Below are positions 36,971 to 51,719 of a stretch of 64,000 nt of DNA, in pieces. The DNA comes from Balanoglossus misakiensis (Eukaryota > Animalia > Hemichordata): assembly GCA_040954595.2 (NCBI GenBank), contig CM082594.2:5193319-5257318 (forward strand). Direction: 5' to 3'. The notes below the pieces were generated by a model. The model ran no database searches. It was not told where the DNA came from and saw only the letters and a program-made list of their open reading frames with translations. The position numbers and the translations under genes were made by a program. Each line of letters opens with the position of its first letter. Position 1 is the first letter of the stretch.

Positions 36971-39900
36971 TCATTCGATCGTGTCGCCTGGATTGGGAAG
37001 TTCTTTCTCGACCGCTTTCAAGGCTGCTAGGCACTCCACTGTCACGTTCAACACGGCTATCACTGTCTCCGAATCATCAGCGTCGTACACTGCAAGAAAA
37101 CAGGACGATATCTTTTACAATCCTTCAAGAGAATACTGAGGAACAGTTTAAATCACGCAGGTTATTTACACTGCGAGAAAACATGACAATATCTTTTACA
37201 ATCCTTCAAGAGACCACTGAGGAAAATTTTAAATCCCGCAGATTATTTTTGCAATCTCCGCGACAGACTGTTGGGGTTGGCCTAAAACTGTACCTCACAA
37301 ACAGACAACAATAACGGTTCACTTGATTCAAGACGACAAGAGTAATTCTGTTCATTTCTCAACAACATGTCACCAGCAACTGGCTAGAAATAAACGTGCA
37401 CACGGAAGACCATATTTGCAGAAATATTAAATTTGTTTTCAATATCACATCTCTTACCGTCGATCTCCTGTTCAATGATGTCTCTTTCTTCACTCAATAT
37501 TTGTCTGACATCGATATACGCATGTCCTATGTCTTCACAATCCAGACTCTGATGGTCTTCTGGGGGTTCACTGACAACAGTGAATCTGATCCTGTGAATT
37601 ATCAGAACACCAATAGTTGGAGTTGGCAAATTTGCAAGCATTGTTACACATGTAATATTGTTCATTTGAGTACATGTATGTGCAATGCAAAGCAAATGGG
37701 TGCATGGTTTGGCTTGATTCTAATTTTTGGTTCCAAAATGAAAGTTAATTTTTTCCCAAATGATGACAATCTATCTGCATATACTCACTTTCCTTCTGAT
37801 GGGTCTTCTGGTAACAGCATACTGGCCAAGTAGTCTCGCCGTAACTTGTTGTTTTCTGCATCGACGTGAAAAGCTGAAACGCAAAACACAGACAGAGTCA
37901 CATGAGTCTACGGTGAATTCGTTGGAAGTTGGTCAATCTTGTCACCATACACTGGTGACGTGGTGTTGTATACCTGATGATTATTCCAGGTTGGCAAGCC
38001 AAATAATTTCACAATACATCAATAATGTATACAGTTATGTTTGTCTTCAGAAAATGAAGGCACAGCAGATTATGTTACTAAACCTGCAAGTCTAACACTT
38101 GATATGAAACTACCGGTAGAATTTTGTTTTATTTCAACCCGCTGGTTAAGTTCTGCAAACCTGCACACACTGTAGAACACACGTACAGGTATATTTTGTG
38201 AACATCTTTTATTTTGGTTCCGACAAACAAAGCACATAATTCCTGATAAAACTTGACAACACAAGATTTTAGACCTACCCTTTTTGAAGTTGAAGTACAC
38301 CGGCTGGTTTTGCTTGGGCTTGGGAAGAGAGAAGGGAGTTTCCAACTCGGACGCGTCCACTCCCAGGAACCGATACTCCACGTACAGTCGCTGGACGTTG
38401 TCATCCTCCATCACGGGGCTGTCTTCGTCCATGGTCAGGGAGAATATTGTCACCGTGACAACGTTCTCGTTCTGAAAAACACAAAGTATGTATACTAGAG
38501 CTTTCCGCAGACAATGACATTTCACACTTCTCTGATAATTTGCTTTTCATTCTTCAATACTGTCTGAGACACGATTTGGCTATTGTTCTCGTCTAACTGT
38601 TACACATGGCCGCACACATGGTCTATATTTCTGCCCAAGGTAGTAGGAGGGAATGCTTAACTATACAGAGCCTGGCTTGGTGAAGATGATTCAAGTAACT
38701 GTTTCAATGAGAAACACTGTAATGCACTTACATCAACGGCAGACGGCGCTCTCTTGAACGATGGGGTCATGACGATGTTATCACTTTCACTGTCTACAGA
38801 CAGTTCATCAGCTTCGTCGTCTGTACCTTTGTCTTCGGGCATAGGAATGCTCACTTCTTCCTGAATACTTGTGTCCGTTTCTGCAAAAAAAACCCCAAGA
38901 AATATCATCAACGTTAATTCTTGAACTCACAACCATGATTTCTGCCAGTGATTTTCGAGGAGTTACCACTTGGTTTTTAGTGTCCAGCCACTGTCATCTT
39001 TAAACATTATAATGTCCTTCAACAATTCCTCTCATAAGATCATCAAAACCAGTATTACAATTAACATACCTGCATTCGATTCCTCATCATAAGCCTCACC
39101 ATCATATTCATGTGATTCTTCTTCAAACATGGTGTCTTCAATAGGCTGTTGTTTGTTCATTCAGACAAGAAAACAAAAATCGTTTACAGTTCTCATCTCC
39201 ACCTCAAGTGTGCATCTCATGAAAATACACTTCTTTTCATAGTGTTCCAGTGTTGACGAGTTTTAACTTAATTCATTGTAATAACTGATGCCATACTTCC
39301 CCAGCAGTACACATTTACCAAAGGACTACTAGCATCACAGAACTCATACGGGACTGACTTACCTGCTGTTTGTTGTCTTCAGTAATCGTTTCATCATCAC
39401 TGTCTGATTTCCTCTCGTCCGCAGCCGTCGATGTGTCTGACATCTCTTCTATGGTTGGCCTGGCAACATGCATTGTGCTTTCACTGATGGTTGATGGCTA
39501 CATCAGCACGAATAAAAAAGTACCAGGTTACAAATGTAGAAATATAAACAAGAAACGCAAAACAGAGTGTGAGTACCGTAATCACTCTATCAGTTCAACC
39601 GCTCCATTAATTCAACCACCCACTATTCTTTGGAAAATTAATTATTTTTTAACCTTCAATTGTTTGACCACTGATTAAAATGCATGCGTTGATATGTGTA
39701 TTTTTCATGAAGATATCTGCAACTTAGACCTTCCAAGGTATTCAGAACTCACTGATTTTATTGTGTGTGACCTCAAACAGTTCAATTCTATCATAAATAT
39801 CACCTAAACTACATGCTGATAGTGCATACAATTCATGCCATGCAAACATGCCCCCTGAAAAATTATTGAAGAACTTTGAGTGACCAATTTTGTGTTATGT

Positions 39901-41173
39901 TATTTTTATTCTATTAGTTTGTCTTTTCACAAATCATATTTATTTTTTTCTGGTCGAACTGATGGAGTGATTACGGTATTTTAAAATCCATTTCTATCTA
40001 AGCTGACAGAGTGAAGTGTTTCAGGAATGCTTCAATCAGCGAAGCTGATTTTTCTTGTGAATTATGGACATTTCAGTGCTACATGCAGTAGCCAACTTCA
40101 CACAGACGGATAATTATGCTGATTTTTGTATGTGTATACACAGGCAATGCCTTACCTGTATTATTGGTTCAACTTCAACCACCTCTTCTTTTTTCTTCGG
40201 TTCCACCTGCCAAAATCATTATAACATTTTTTTACAGAAATCTAAATCATACATTTATACAAGTGTCCAAATACCATGTGACACAGTGAAATACAATTCA
40301 ATGCTGCAGTACAATGCAATACAAAACATGACACAACACAAATCAAATCACAGCACCACACTATACCATACCACACCACACCACAGCACTACATGACAAC
40401 ATAGTACAACACAACACAACACAACACAATACAACACAACACAACACAACACAACACAATTCTGCATTGGTGAATACTGCAACTGTCAAAATCACACCAG
40501 GAAGGAAAAATTACCTGAAGTGAGACTCGCTTGGCTGCAGTCCTAGGCGTGGGTTTGGGTTCAGCATCTGACGGCTTTTCCGCCGGCATGGGTGTGGACG
40601 TTGCAATGGGTGGATGTCTGGGCCCTTTCACTGGTGTCTGTGTTAAGGACTGTTCAACCGCCTTTGTTGATGCTCTTGGGGAGCCACCCTAAATCAAACA
40701 ATGCAAATTGTAATTAACGAGGAAAAAGTCTCAAAATGTCAATATTATTACAGATGTATAGATGTGCTGCCCTAACTCTGCTTCTTCGCACAACTTGAAA
40801 ATGAGAATCAGATATCCTTCATTTTTTGACATACAAGTAGGGTTGAAGGTGTATACAGCAGCAAAATATGGTACTTTTTCTCCTTGTAAAAGTACTAGAC
40901 TGACTACTACACAAACACAATTTGGTCCAACCCTATTGTCAATAGTGAACTAGAAAAAGGGTAATTTAGAAAATAAGGATTTTTTAAAACTTTGAAGACA
41001 TGATGCGTACCTTGACTTGTTTTGCAGAAGGTGAAATGGTCTTGGGTGGAAAGTAACTGTACTGCCACTTTAACTGCATATCCATTGTGCCGTTACCTTT
41101 ACCAGAGGACTGTGAAGGAATAGAGGATAAAACTGAGTGATCATATAATGTCTTTGATTATAATCAAATGGAT

Positions 41174-41228
<55 letters not shown>

Positions 41229-44200
41229 AGAACAAAATTACTGAAAATAAAAACTGACAAAAATTTGACTAAGCAGCTGCAGTATCTAAGATTACCACCT
41301 ACCGTTTTAAGTTCAAATGTGCCTTTGATAGCTTTGTCGTGCGCCAGACTTATCAACGGAACTTTGGCAACACCAAGATACGCCACCTCCTCTGGATCAG
41401 TATCATCAAACACATACACTGAAAGCATCTGTAATGAGAATGTGAAGTCAATAGTCATTACATGTTGTATATGAATTATATATTCTAAATAATGATACAA
41501 CACACTTGTATGATGAGTAGTGTCTATTTCTCAATACTCATGTCAGTCAGTACCCACTGACTTTTTCTGGATGTATTTGCGAACCACTTGGCTTAGCAAT
41601 CACTCCACCAACATAATTACTCTAAGAGTCTCACCTCTGTTTTGAGATAGGTGTCCAAGTCCTCGTTGACTGGCACAGGGTACATCTTGCTGTCGTTGAA
41701 CTCTGGGTTGTTGCTGTTTGGTATGATCACCGAGTCGTGGTCTTCAAAATCAAAGAATCTGTACACGCAGTAGGGACTTGGTTGAACTCCTGTGAGGAGA
41801 TATACATTGTACATAATTCAGATCATGAATTACATACAATTAAATGTCATGTAGACTAACAGTATGTCCCAATCACAGTCAGCTGACGTGCAGAGATTGA
41901 CCTTATTGAGTAACCTTACCATCTCTCCTGGCCTTTATGTTTGACACTCTGATGACCTTGACGATCAGCTCATTCAGCGATTTATCCCTCGTTTCTGATT
42001 GGGCGGCTGTCTCTAACGCCTTAATGGCTTCTTTTGTTGCTTTGGTATTCGCTGTCATGTAACCCAGTGCCTTAGTTCTCTCCTGTCGGGGAAAAGAGAA
42101 ATGTCCTCAATTTCATTTTCAGTCCATGGAGGTCGTTGTACCATTTCAAGTTGTGGCAGTCCAGTGGTTGCACAAAAATATACAATGTACCAAAACATCA
42201 CTGATTTGTACTGTGAGTACTCTGTTTATTTCAGCTGCAAACCTGATACACACTGATACTAGAGAGTCACAAATAGTGTTTCTTGTAAAAAAACTGAGAT
42301 ATTTCTTACCCTGAACAGCCTCAGTGCTTGGTCCATGGGCACACGTAGTCTAACCCAGTATGCTACTTCACCATAATTTGTACCAACGCGCCCACCAGAT
42401 ACACCTGCAGTGTCAGAAAATATAATACGGCAACATTTATTGGGTGTCACACAGCGAATATAATGTGGGCCATCCCAAGCAGAAAGTGTCTTGGAGCGCG
42501 ATACTTATGACCATAAGACCCCTTTCTGCTTAGGATGGCCTATGTAACAAAGCTGAATTTATTTCTTACAGACCTCTGTTGTTCAGAGACAACCGACCCA
42601 CCTGTAAGCTGTGCAGTACTGTGCAATCTTCCGTGAGGCTTCTCCAGGAGATCCCGGAATCTCAGCTGGCAAGCAGCCACCGTTTTGTACTCCGTGCCCA
42701 GGGCTTGGTGCACCTCCAGCGTAGTGGACTCCTTCATCAGGTGGTGGAGGAAGAAATCGTCCACGGTCACCACGTACTGAGAGGTGAAATCAAATCCTGG
42801 CCTGCAGAAAAAAATTTTCATTGAAATATATTTAGATACGTCAGTTGGTTTGAAAATTTGAATTGTGGGTGGGTGTTGTCCCATCTGGTTCCCATGGTAA
42901 CTATGTGGCTGGTGTTATATACATATTGGCAAACAATGCATCATAACTTTTTACAACGTTGCCAAGTTACTTGGATGTAACCATTCTCCGTACAGAGATT
43001 GTAGCTACCCTAGCCACACCCCTAGCTAGATTAGAATTATCCTCGCGCTACAATCTCTGTACGGAGAATGGGGTATAACATGTATTGGTGGGCAGGGTCA
43101 CCCTGAACAGTAGGAACAATGTCACAAACCTTTGACAAATACTGACTTTAAATTCAACTTACCGGTCTCCCTTCAGGACTGGTGTTGATTGAACTTCAAA
43201 TTCAAAGAATTCATAAGTGACGAAAGTTGAAGGTTCCTCATCGCCCATCTCTCGAAGAGCGTCTCTGCTGTACGTGATCTGATACAGAAAGTTGGAAGTG
43301 ACATCAGTGTTCAAGTGAATGTCAGAGAATGATGATGATGTTGTTATCGATAATCTGATCCAGTGAAATTACGCATTCAAAACGTTGATGTCTTCATTTG
43401 TTAGAAATGCTATGACTTGGTCATACTTGAACATTCACTTTACACCACTCTGCATCCAAATTCTGAAAGTTCAGTTTTCTGTCTGAATTGATTTCGCTAT
43501 GACATTGAGAATAACTCACCTGTTGGACGTGGATTTCAAACACATTTTGGCCTCTCTCTAGTTTGACCGTTTCATCAATCTCTTCAAACTGATCATCGTG
43601 CTAATCAAGGAGAGAGCACAAAAAATGATGATGTTAGTGGTATGACTATACTGCTGTGGATAATTATTTCCAAAATGCAATTAATGCCTCATGTAAGATA
43701 TTTTATCAGCTCACTGCATATGGCTACACTTTCTGACACAGATCATTTGAACTTTGACCCCTCACAGAAATAATACATGCCCTTTAACCTCATTCCTAGT
43801 AGCCTTAAAACAACTTGCTCAGTGACGTACCTCAAATACATCTTTGAGTTTGATCTGTTTGGTTCCATATGCAATGTCTTTAAGTTGATGTTCAAGTTTC
43901 TATAATAAAAAGAAAAGAAAAAACACAATCAGTTATCTATTGTTGATTTTTTGAATTATATATGTCTTTGAACAAGCAATAGTCCAATGACTTCAGTAGA
44001 AGAATATGCATTAAATTATCATGAATACAAAAAATATGACATCATTTTTTTTAGATGACACTCACTCTAATCCTTGTAGCTCTGATGTCCAACATCTGCG
44101 CATATTCTCCCAGTTTGGTGTCGTATTCTCTCTTGTAATCGTCTAATCTCTGGGTGGCGTTTTCGACTTCCTGTTGGTAGTCGGAGTTGATCTTATGCTG

Positions 44201-47200
44201 AAGAATCAACATATTTCTAGTCTTCTCCAGTTCCTCCGCCGTCTCTGCATGCTCAGCTTGTAGTGCAACTATCTGGTGTTTCAAATCTGTCAAAGAAAGA
44301 GGAGTGTTTCAAAGTGCTGTTACAAGAGGAGGTCGTTTACAGTTGAACAATTTTTAAGTACGTTTCAAGAAGTCAAACAGTATAGACAGCTTTTTTGTAT
44401 CAAACACAATCGACACACACACAAAAATTCAAAAGATATCCCTTTAATAAATCTACTGTATTCAGATTTACTGAGTATTGTAATTTTTCAGTTCATAGTA
44501 AATTCCACCAAATGGAGAACTGTTACTTCTCATTTCATAATGCACATAACAAATAGTCTTGCAATTATAGTACATGTATACCTTTATTCAGTTCTTCATC
44601 CACCTTTTCTAAGAATTCAAGCTCTTGGCTGCCAGCCTCTTTGCGTTTCTATAAGGAGAGAGAGAAAAAGATGACAATGCAGAGTATAATCTACATAGGG
44701 AATGGGTTGACAAAAATCATCAAAAGGAGGTCTACAATGCATATGAATTTCAAAAGGATCTGTATTGAAGCAGGTATGAAAAAATAGCGTCAAGGACACT
44801 GTGGTCCCATTTGAGGACATAGCACATAGCAACATAGCAATGGATGGCAAGATATGGAAAAGTAGGTCAAAGGTCACCTGAGGTCATGCAAAATTTGGGC
44901 AAGAAATTTTGACCCTATACTGGTCCAAGTTGAACAAAAACCAAACCTATAGCCCTATTGGTTAGCCTGTAATTAGGTATGCACATAATTAATGAGATAT
45001 GCAGGTGTCACAGGTGACCCATATTTTGGCTTTTAAATTTTAGTCCCAACCCTCCAAACGCGAAGTCTGTATCTGCTCTGGATGCCAAGATATGATAAAG
45101 TAGGTCAAAGGTCACCTGAGGTCATGCAAAATTTGGGCAAGAAATTTTGACCTTATACTGGTCCATGTTCAATAAAAACCAAACCTATAGCCTTATTGGT
45201 TAGCCTAGGATTAGGTATGCACATAATTAATGAGATATGCAGGTGTCACAGGTGACCCCCAATTTTGGCTTTTCAATTTTAGTGCCAACCCTCCAAACGC
45301 CAACTCTGTACCTGCTCTAGATGCCAAGATATGGTAAAGTAGGTCAAAGGTCACCTAAGGTCATGCAAAATTTGGGCAAGAAATTTTGACCCTATACTGG
45401 TCCATGTTCAACAAAAACCAAACCTATAGCCTTATTGGTTAGCCTGGAATTAGGTATGCACATAATTAATGAGATATGCAGGTGTCACAGGTGACCCCCA
45501 ATTTTGGCTTCTCAATTTTAGTGCTAATCCTCCAAACGCCAAGTCTGTACCTGCTCTGGATGCCAAGATATGGAAAAGTAGGTCAAAGGTCACCTGAGGT
45601 CATGCAAAATTTGGGCAAGAAATTTTGACCCTATACTGGTCCATGTTCAACAAAAACCAAACCTATAGCCCTATTGGTTAGCCTGGAATTAGGTATGCAC
45701 ATAATTAATGAGATATGCAGGTGTCACAGGTGACCCATATTTTGGCTTTTCAATTTTAGTCCCAACCCTCCAAACGCCAAGTCTGTACCTGCTCTGGATG
45801 CCCAGATATAGGAAAGTAGGTCAAAGGTCACCTGAGGTCACCCAAAATTTGGGCAAGAAATTTTGACCCTATACTGGTCCATGTCCCACAAGAACGAAAC
45901 CTCTAGCCCTATTAATTAGCCCGGAATTAGGTATGCACATAATTAATGTGTTAAGCAGGTGTTACAGGTGAGCCCAAAAATTTGCCTTTTATTTTGGCCC
46001 CATTGTGCTCACTGGCCAATAGACAGTCACTGTACAGGACTATTGCACAGACCAGAATTCCACAATAAGACGTGGACATAGCTTAACCATAGAGGTATAA
46101 GTAAAGGTATAAATTTAATAAAAAGACTAAAAAATTCATAAAAAATAAAACATCCATGATATCAACTTAACACTTACAGGTCGGTGTGAGGTTGACATAA
46201 GGTACATACATATCAATTTTCAAAGCAATCTGACCAGTAATTGTTGACTTACAGAGTTTTGATCAATTTCACATTTTACAAGCTAATTTGCATATTTTTG
46301 GGCCTGGCAACTTCGTTTGGACAAACTCCCATCTACAGCCCAGCCTGCACCTACACACCAAATATTGAGGTGATACGCGCAGCGGTTTTCAAGTTTTTGA
46401 TGTGGACGGACATACAGACATACATCCATACATCCATACATCCATACATCCATACATCCATACATCCATCCATCCATACATACATACAGACGCAACCCAT
46501 CCCATAAGGTCCCATGGTATATAGGCCTATACCAATGGGACCTAAAAACAGTTAGTCCACTTTCATGACCACTGAGTGACCCTACATCCTGGCATTTTGT
46601 AGGTATAGAACAAACCAATAGGGCAGACCCAATTGCTAATATAACTATATGGATTGCACATACATCGTACAAATAAATTAGCAATAAAGTCACACTGACT
46701 GAATTCAAGCTCACCTTGACAAGGATCAGTGCCTCTTCCAGCTCCTGGAAATCGACGGCGCTTTCTTTTGTGAAGAATTTCATCTTTTCTTGCAGCTCGT
46801 CAAGCTGTTGTTTTGTGGAGTAATATCGGATTTGGGCCTCTCTGTGTTCTTGTTCTAACTTTTCTCTGGTCTCTGCAGGAGTGGAAGCATTAAAAGTATT
46901 TTAAATATCCAATTTATTGTGAAAAAAATTCCTGGTTTTGGATGCAGGTTAACCCTTTCACCCCCAGTTCTCTCTCGAGAGATCAAACTCTACCATGTGC
47001 AACAATGGATTTGGACCAAACCATGGTGGTGAAAGGGTTAAGGATGTAAAAGCCTTGGGGACAGATTTTCAGAATAGTGACAATCCTCCAATCTTTTAAA
47101 TTCGTTGCTAACATTAAAGCGTGTGAGGAGTTTTCTTGGTATCAACACTGTCTACTGTCTCACAGAAAACGGGTTTGGATGAACAAATTCAAAAACAACA

Positions 47201-50200
47201 CATCACCTGAAAATGAACCCAGAAAGACACTTACCTCGCTCATCGGTGAGTTTGTCGAGGATGGTATTCTTATCATTCAGATCTCCCTTCAGAGTGGCTT
47301 CCAACTGAGCTATCTGTAACTTCAACTGTTTGTCATTGGCGCGGTACTGTCTTTCCCTCTCTGCATCAAAGGCACTGAAAGAGATGCGAGGCACATCATA
47401 TGAAAATGTATTCTCACAGAGAAATGTTTTGGATACTTCACTGATAGTTCCCAGTGGTATATCAATGCTACTCGGGTTGCCAATCATGTTGGGGTCTTGA
47501 AAATGACCTATTGAACTTCAAATATTGTTTGTGATACAAGTAACTGTAGTTCAGATGATGGTAATTCTTCATACAAAAGTTGTCCAAGTCTGCGAATTAC
47601 CTGTTCAGAAGTTTTTCATTAGCTTCCTTCAGGATTTCCCTCTCTCTCTCCAAGTCAGATATTCTTTCCTGAAACTGTATTTTGAAGATGAAATAATCTG
47701 ATTAGTGTGGAGGTTCATTTCACTTTATCATACCTTGATTCTGATGACATAGTTTTATGGTTGACGTACATCTTGTTCACATTCCTCTTTGTCACCGAAC
47801 AACTGGGGTTGTTATTTTGCCTAAAGTCCAATTGATATGTCAAGTAAAGGCGGTATAGAAACCAAGATAATCTTGTGCTTCCTTAGTCCATATGTGTCTA
47901 TTATTTATTCTTTGTGACCACTCAGTATATCCCATCATAGCATGTGCACTATAATGAATTTTCCGAAATCACACTACATCTGTATAAAGAGATCTGCAAC
48001 AGACACTATACTGAAATCAAGAGAATTTTTTAAATAAAAAGGACTGACCTCACCGAGCTGTCTCTGGGTGATGGTGCCACTCTTCAATTCACTCTGCAGA
48101 GTCACCACTTTGTTTTGTTCCGACTGCAGCTGCCTCGTCAACTTGTCCATCTCCATGATCACGGCTTCGTGGCTGCCTTTCACGGTACGCAGATTCTGAA
48201 CACACAGAAACACATCAATGAAAATTAGTCACTATACACTGTCAATGTGTAAAATTAAATGACCTGACCAGCATTCTGAGAAGGTATCATCAGTTACTAA
48301 GAATGAAGAGACACGAACTTACATCTTCCAGACTCTGGTACTGTGCCTGCATCCCAGTCAGTTTGGTCGCTTTCTCTTTCAGTTCCCTCTGAAGTCGGAT
48401 CAACTCCACATTCTCCTGGATGTTAGTTCTGACGTGCAAGTAAAAAAGAAAAGGACATAAGAGTTTAGTAACAAACACAGAATGTGTCACAGGCATTTTA
48501 TTTTGATGTCTACCATTCTTTGCATTCACCATTGACAACCACAGGAACGAGATATATCATTGAACATGTGGCTATATGTGGATATAATGTCACTGGACCA
48601 CACAGTTTTGTATACAGATGCATCAAGCATTTGTCTAGTCTCACACACTGTCTGTGATACCCAAGCTAATTGTTCGACATTGTAATACAATATACTTGTT
48701 TCACACACAGTTTGCAAGGTAAACTGAAATTTACTGTATCTCACTCTCAGTGTACATGTAATGCACTACCACTTTGCAAGGCATCTAACAAGCTGCCTGG
48801 CTTCTTTGAAATATGGTGACATCACGGAAGGGTAGGTCTTACCTCTGCCCAGCTGACATCTCTGTACGTAACCTCAGCACTTCATCCTCATGCTCCCGAA
48901 TGCGTCCCTCCGCCTGCACAAAATACAAATGATATAAATATTGCACTGCTTTGAACAATGATTAAAACACCACAACAAACAATGTACAGGAAAAATAAGA
49001 TTCTGGCAAAAACTGCTGGATTAGTCAAAGTCCTGCAGTGATTACTGGTGCACCACATGGTGACCAAAAACCCTCACAGGACAAAAATGTACCTTACCTG
49101 ATCTCTGAGCATCTCTGCATCATGTTCCATGATCTGAATCTGGTCTTGAAGTTGCCTTATGTAGTCATCTCTGTAAGAGAGAATACAATATGGAAAATAA
49201 TGTCAACACGATTATAAGCAATATTCTGTGTTCAGTACAGGGCTGAGCACATCCAGTGGTCTGAGGTCTAGAATAACTGTACAATCAGCCCCCTCCCCCC
49301 AAAGGTTGTTGCAATTCTTGTATTACAATGTACTTACAACTGTTTGTTCTCAGCTCTTGCTTCTTCTAATAGACTGTGTCCGTATCTTGGTAAGACATCA
49401 TTCCTGAATGCACGCGGAGTTGCAGACCTGTGGGTTTCAAATTCAAAGTATTAATGTAATGAACAATTGGGTAATGTGTCTGATTTCAGTGAATTCCTTG
49501 AAAAAGTTAATTTACATACTTAGCTCCTTCGCCTTGTACTCTGAGTCCCCTCTTGATTCTGTCGGACGGAGGTGGTTTGGGGCCTCTTCCCTGTTGAAGG
49601 GCAGCAAATAAAACTCAAATAAAACTACATCGTACATCCTGAGAATTAAACTTATTCAGCTACGTATATCTACACATTAACTATAGAAAATGCGGAATGT
49701 ATGACATTAAAAAATATTGATGAAAACACACAAGCCATTTTCTGTACACAGAAAAAACATGATTTTCACATCAGATACTTACAGTATCAATCCTGGAATT
49801 GACATAGGTGTAAGGGTCTGTCCTCTTGGCCCCCTGTGTTGCCAGTTGTTGCTTAGCAACCATTAGCTACAAAAGCACAGAAGATGATAAATGTTAAAGA
49901 AAGTACTAGAGGAACGAAAACAAGAAAATGTGTACGCATTCGGCCCATCTTCACATTTGGCAAAAATCTTTCAATCTTGTCTATTGTACTAAGGCTATGA
50001 CAACTTACCTTGTTTCTGAGTTGTTCATTTTGCTTTTCCAAATCCCTCACTTTTTCATGTAAATCTTCCAGCATCTGTTCCGTTTCGATGTCTCGAACTT
50101 TTCCTCCGCCTATCCCTTCACGATGCTGAACTTTCTTCTTGTCATTCACCAACCTGAGAAGTTTGGTGGCCATCCTAGGAAAAGTAAATGATAGGCTATT

Positions 50201-50903
50201 ACTATACTGAATTCGGGATAAAATGTGACAAACTGCAATACACTGCTTACTTTACAAGAATAGGTTTATAAATTTGTTCCTGAATTTACCATGTTACAGT
50301 AGTTGTAAATATTAATTGACTTGGTGGTAATATACATAGGCAAAAACAACAAATCACACAGCAAGATGTCTGGAAACTAAATTTATTACGCCACCAATGA
50401 AACTGACAGGTGCTCATAAGAGAGCTACTCAGTATTACCTCTTGATTTTGTCCTCTTGTTTTCTTCCATGTTTCTTCAACACAATATTGTCTTCATACAA
50501 CCTGAGGTATTTATCCTCCAATTCATCTCGACTCCACTTGGCAATGGCTCTCCTCTGCTGGCCTTGTTTGTGTTCAGCATCGACTGAAAGAGACATAAAC
50601 GTACATCACGTAAGCGAGAGAAACACTGTGAAATTAAACAATGATTATAATAACTCCAGTTGTAACAATATACTGGCTATCTTTAGCAGAAGAATATACT
50701 GTTACATGTTACATGTTACATGTTACATGTTACAGAAAGTCAAAAGTTATGACATTGTAAATGTTGGATAAAAAGGAAAGAAACATACTTCCATCTTCTT
50801 CCAGGTTGACGTAACCACCGGCTCCATATTTACCAGGGTTATCTCTCACAGGTTCATCATATGCAGTTTCGTCTGCTACCGGTGCGTATGGTGGACCAGG
50901 CAT
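36971..50903 (-). CDS. RPGRIP1L: Protein fantom / RPGRIP1-like ciliary transition-zone protein (coiled coils plus three C2 domains), roughly 33 coding exons
   Basis: ATG at 50903 ([21 protein letters not shown]). Exons encode [16 protein letters not shown]...[120 protein letters not shown] and SEPPE...DCEDIG. The last exon is 37089-36971. A non-coding first exon has its donor at ~51532. Confidence 0.95.
40300..40460. repeat. (ACAAC/ACACC)n pentanucleotide microsatellite
   Basis: Directly visible intronic tandem pentamers. Confidence 0.8.
41174..41228. repeat. (ATC)n microsatellite
   Basis: Directly visible, in an RPGRIP1L intron. Confidence 0.9.
42981..43071. mobile_element. Short MITE-like hairpin with 25-bp perfect TIRs
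   Basis: CCATTCTCCGTACAGAGATTGTAGC ... GCTACAATCTCTGTACGGAGAATGG. Confidence 0.65.
44680..46548 (+). mobile_element. Helentron-associated non-autonomous element (HINE-like) carrying 5 copies of a 238-239-bp repeat
   Basis: Subterminal inverted motif GGGAATGGGTTG (~44698) and CAACCCATCCC (~46493). Tandem units at 44861, 45099, 45338, 45577 and 45815. (CATA/CATC)n microsatellite at 46410-46490. 3' hairpin AGGTCCCA...TGGGACCT (46507-46543) followed by an A-tract. The left boundary is approximate. Confidence 0.72.
46953..47037. mobile_element. piggyBac-derived MITE with TTAA TSD
   Basis: TTAA-CCCTTTCACC...GGTGAAAGGG-TTAA. Confidence 0.8.
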
Positions 50904-51719
50904 GTTTTCATCAATTTCTTGACCAACTTCCTCTATATGATAGTTGATACAAAAGAAGACGAGAAACGTCACTCAACACAATATTTATGAAGAATCTCAA
51001 AATGAACATTTATCGAATATTACAGGTACAAAAATCCTCTCGATGGAAACAGTGTTCCATTATCTTATACATGAATGATGTTCTGAAAACTACAAACGTT
51101 GCATAATCTCTTTGTTTACAATATACATTGTGTTATTACACAATATTATTGTTATTGTTTATCTAAGCCTAGGGGTACAAATAACAGCAAACTTAATAGT
51201 GTCAAAATAATAGACAGTTTCTCTTAAGATTTCCTGGGCTCTGCACAAATGCTTATCTCCAGCCTACAATTTGAAATCGACATTGGTTACTCAGGTATGA
51301 CATTCGTTGGATTTCAGTACTTGGATTGAGAACTGACCACTTGGCAATATTCCAACGGATGGATCTGTGTGCACACACACATGAAACTACCGTTTGAATA
51401 TTGCCATTTATTAGTGAAATTACAAGATAATACGGTATTTAAATGCAATGCATGGTTTCAACTTTGTCAACAAGATACAGTAGTCTGATATTTAAAATTC
51501 GTACACCTTGGCTTTTAATCGATTACCCTCACCTGAGATCGATTCGTGATAGTTCAAAATAAGCAGTGATAGAATACTTACAAAATGACCACAGCTGCAG
51601 CACAGTTGGGTACGCCTAAACGACGTGTTTGTCAATGTTTGGGATCTACTTCGGCTCCATTAACTTCCACAGTTATTATGAAGTACAGACGAACCCCACT
51701 ACAACAAATATTTCGGTTT

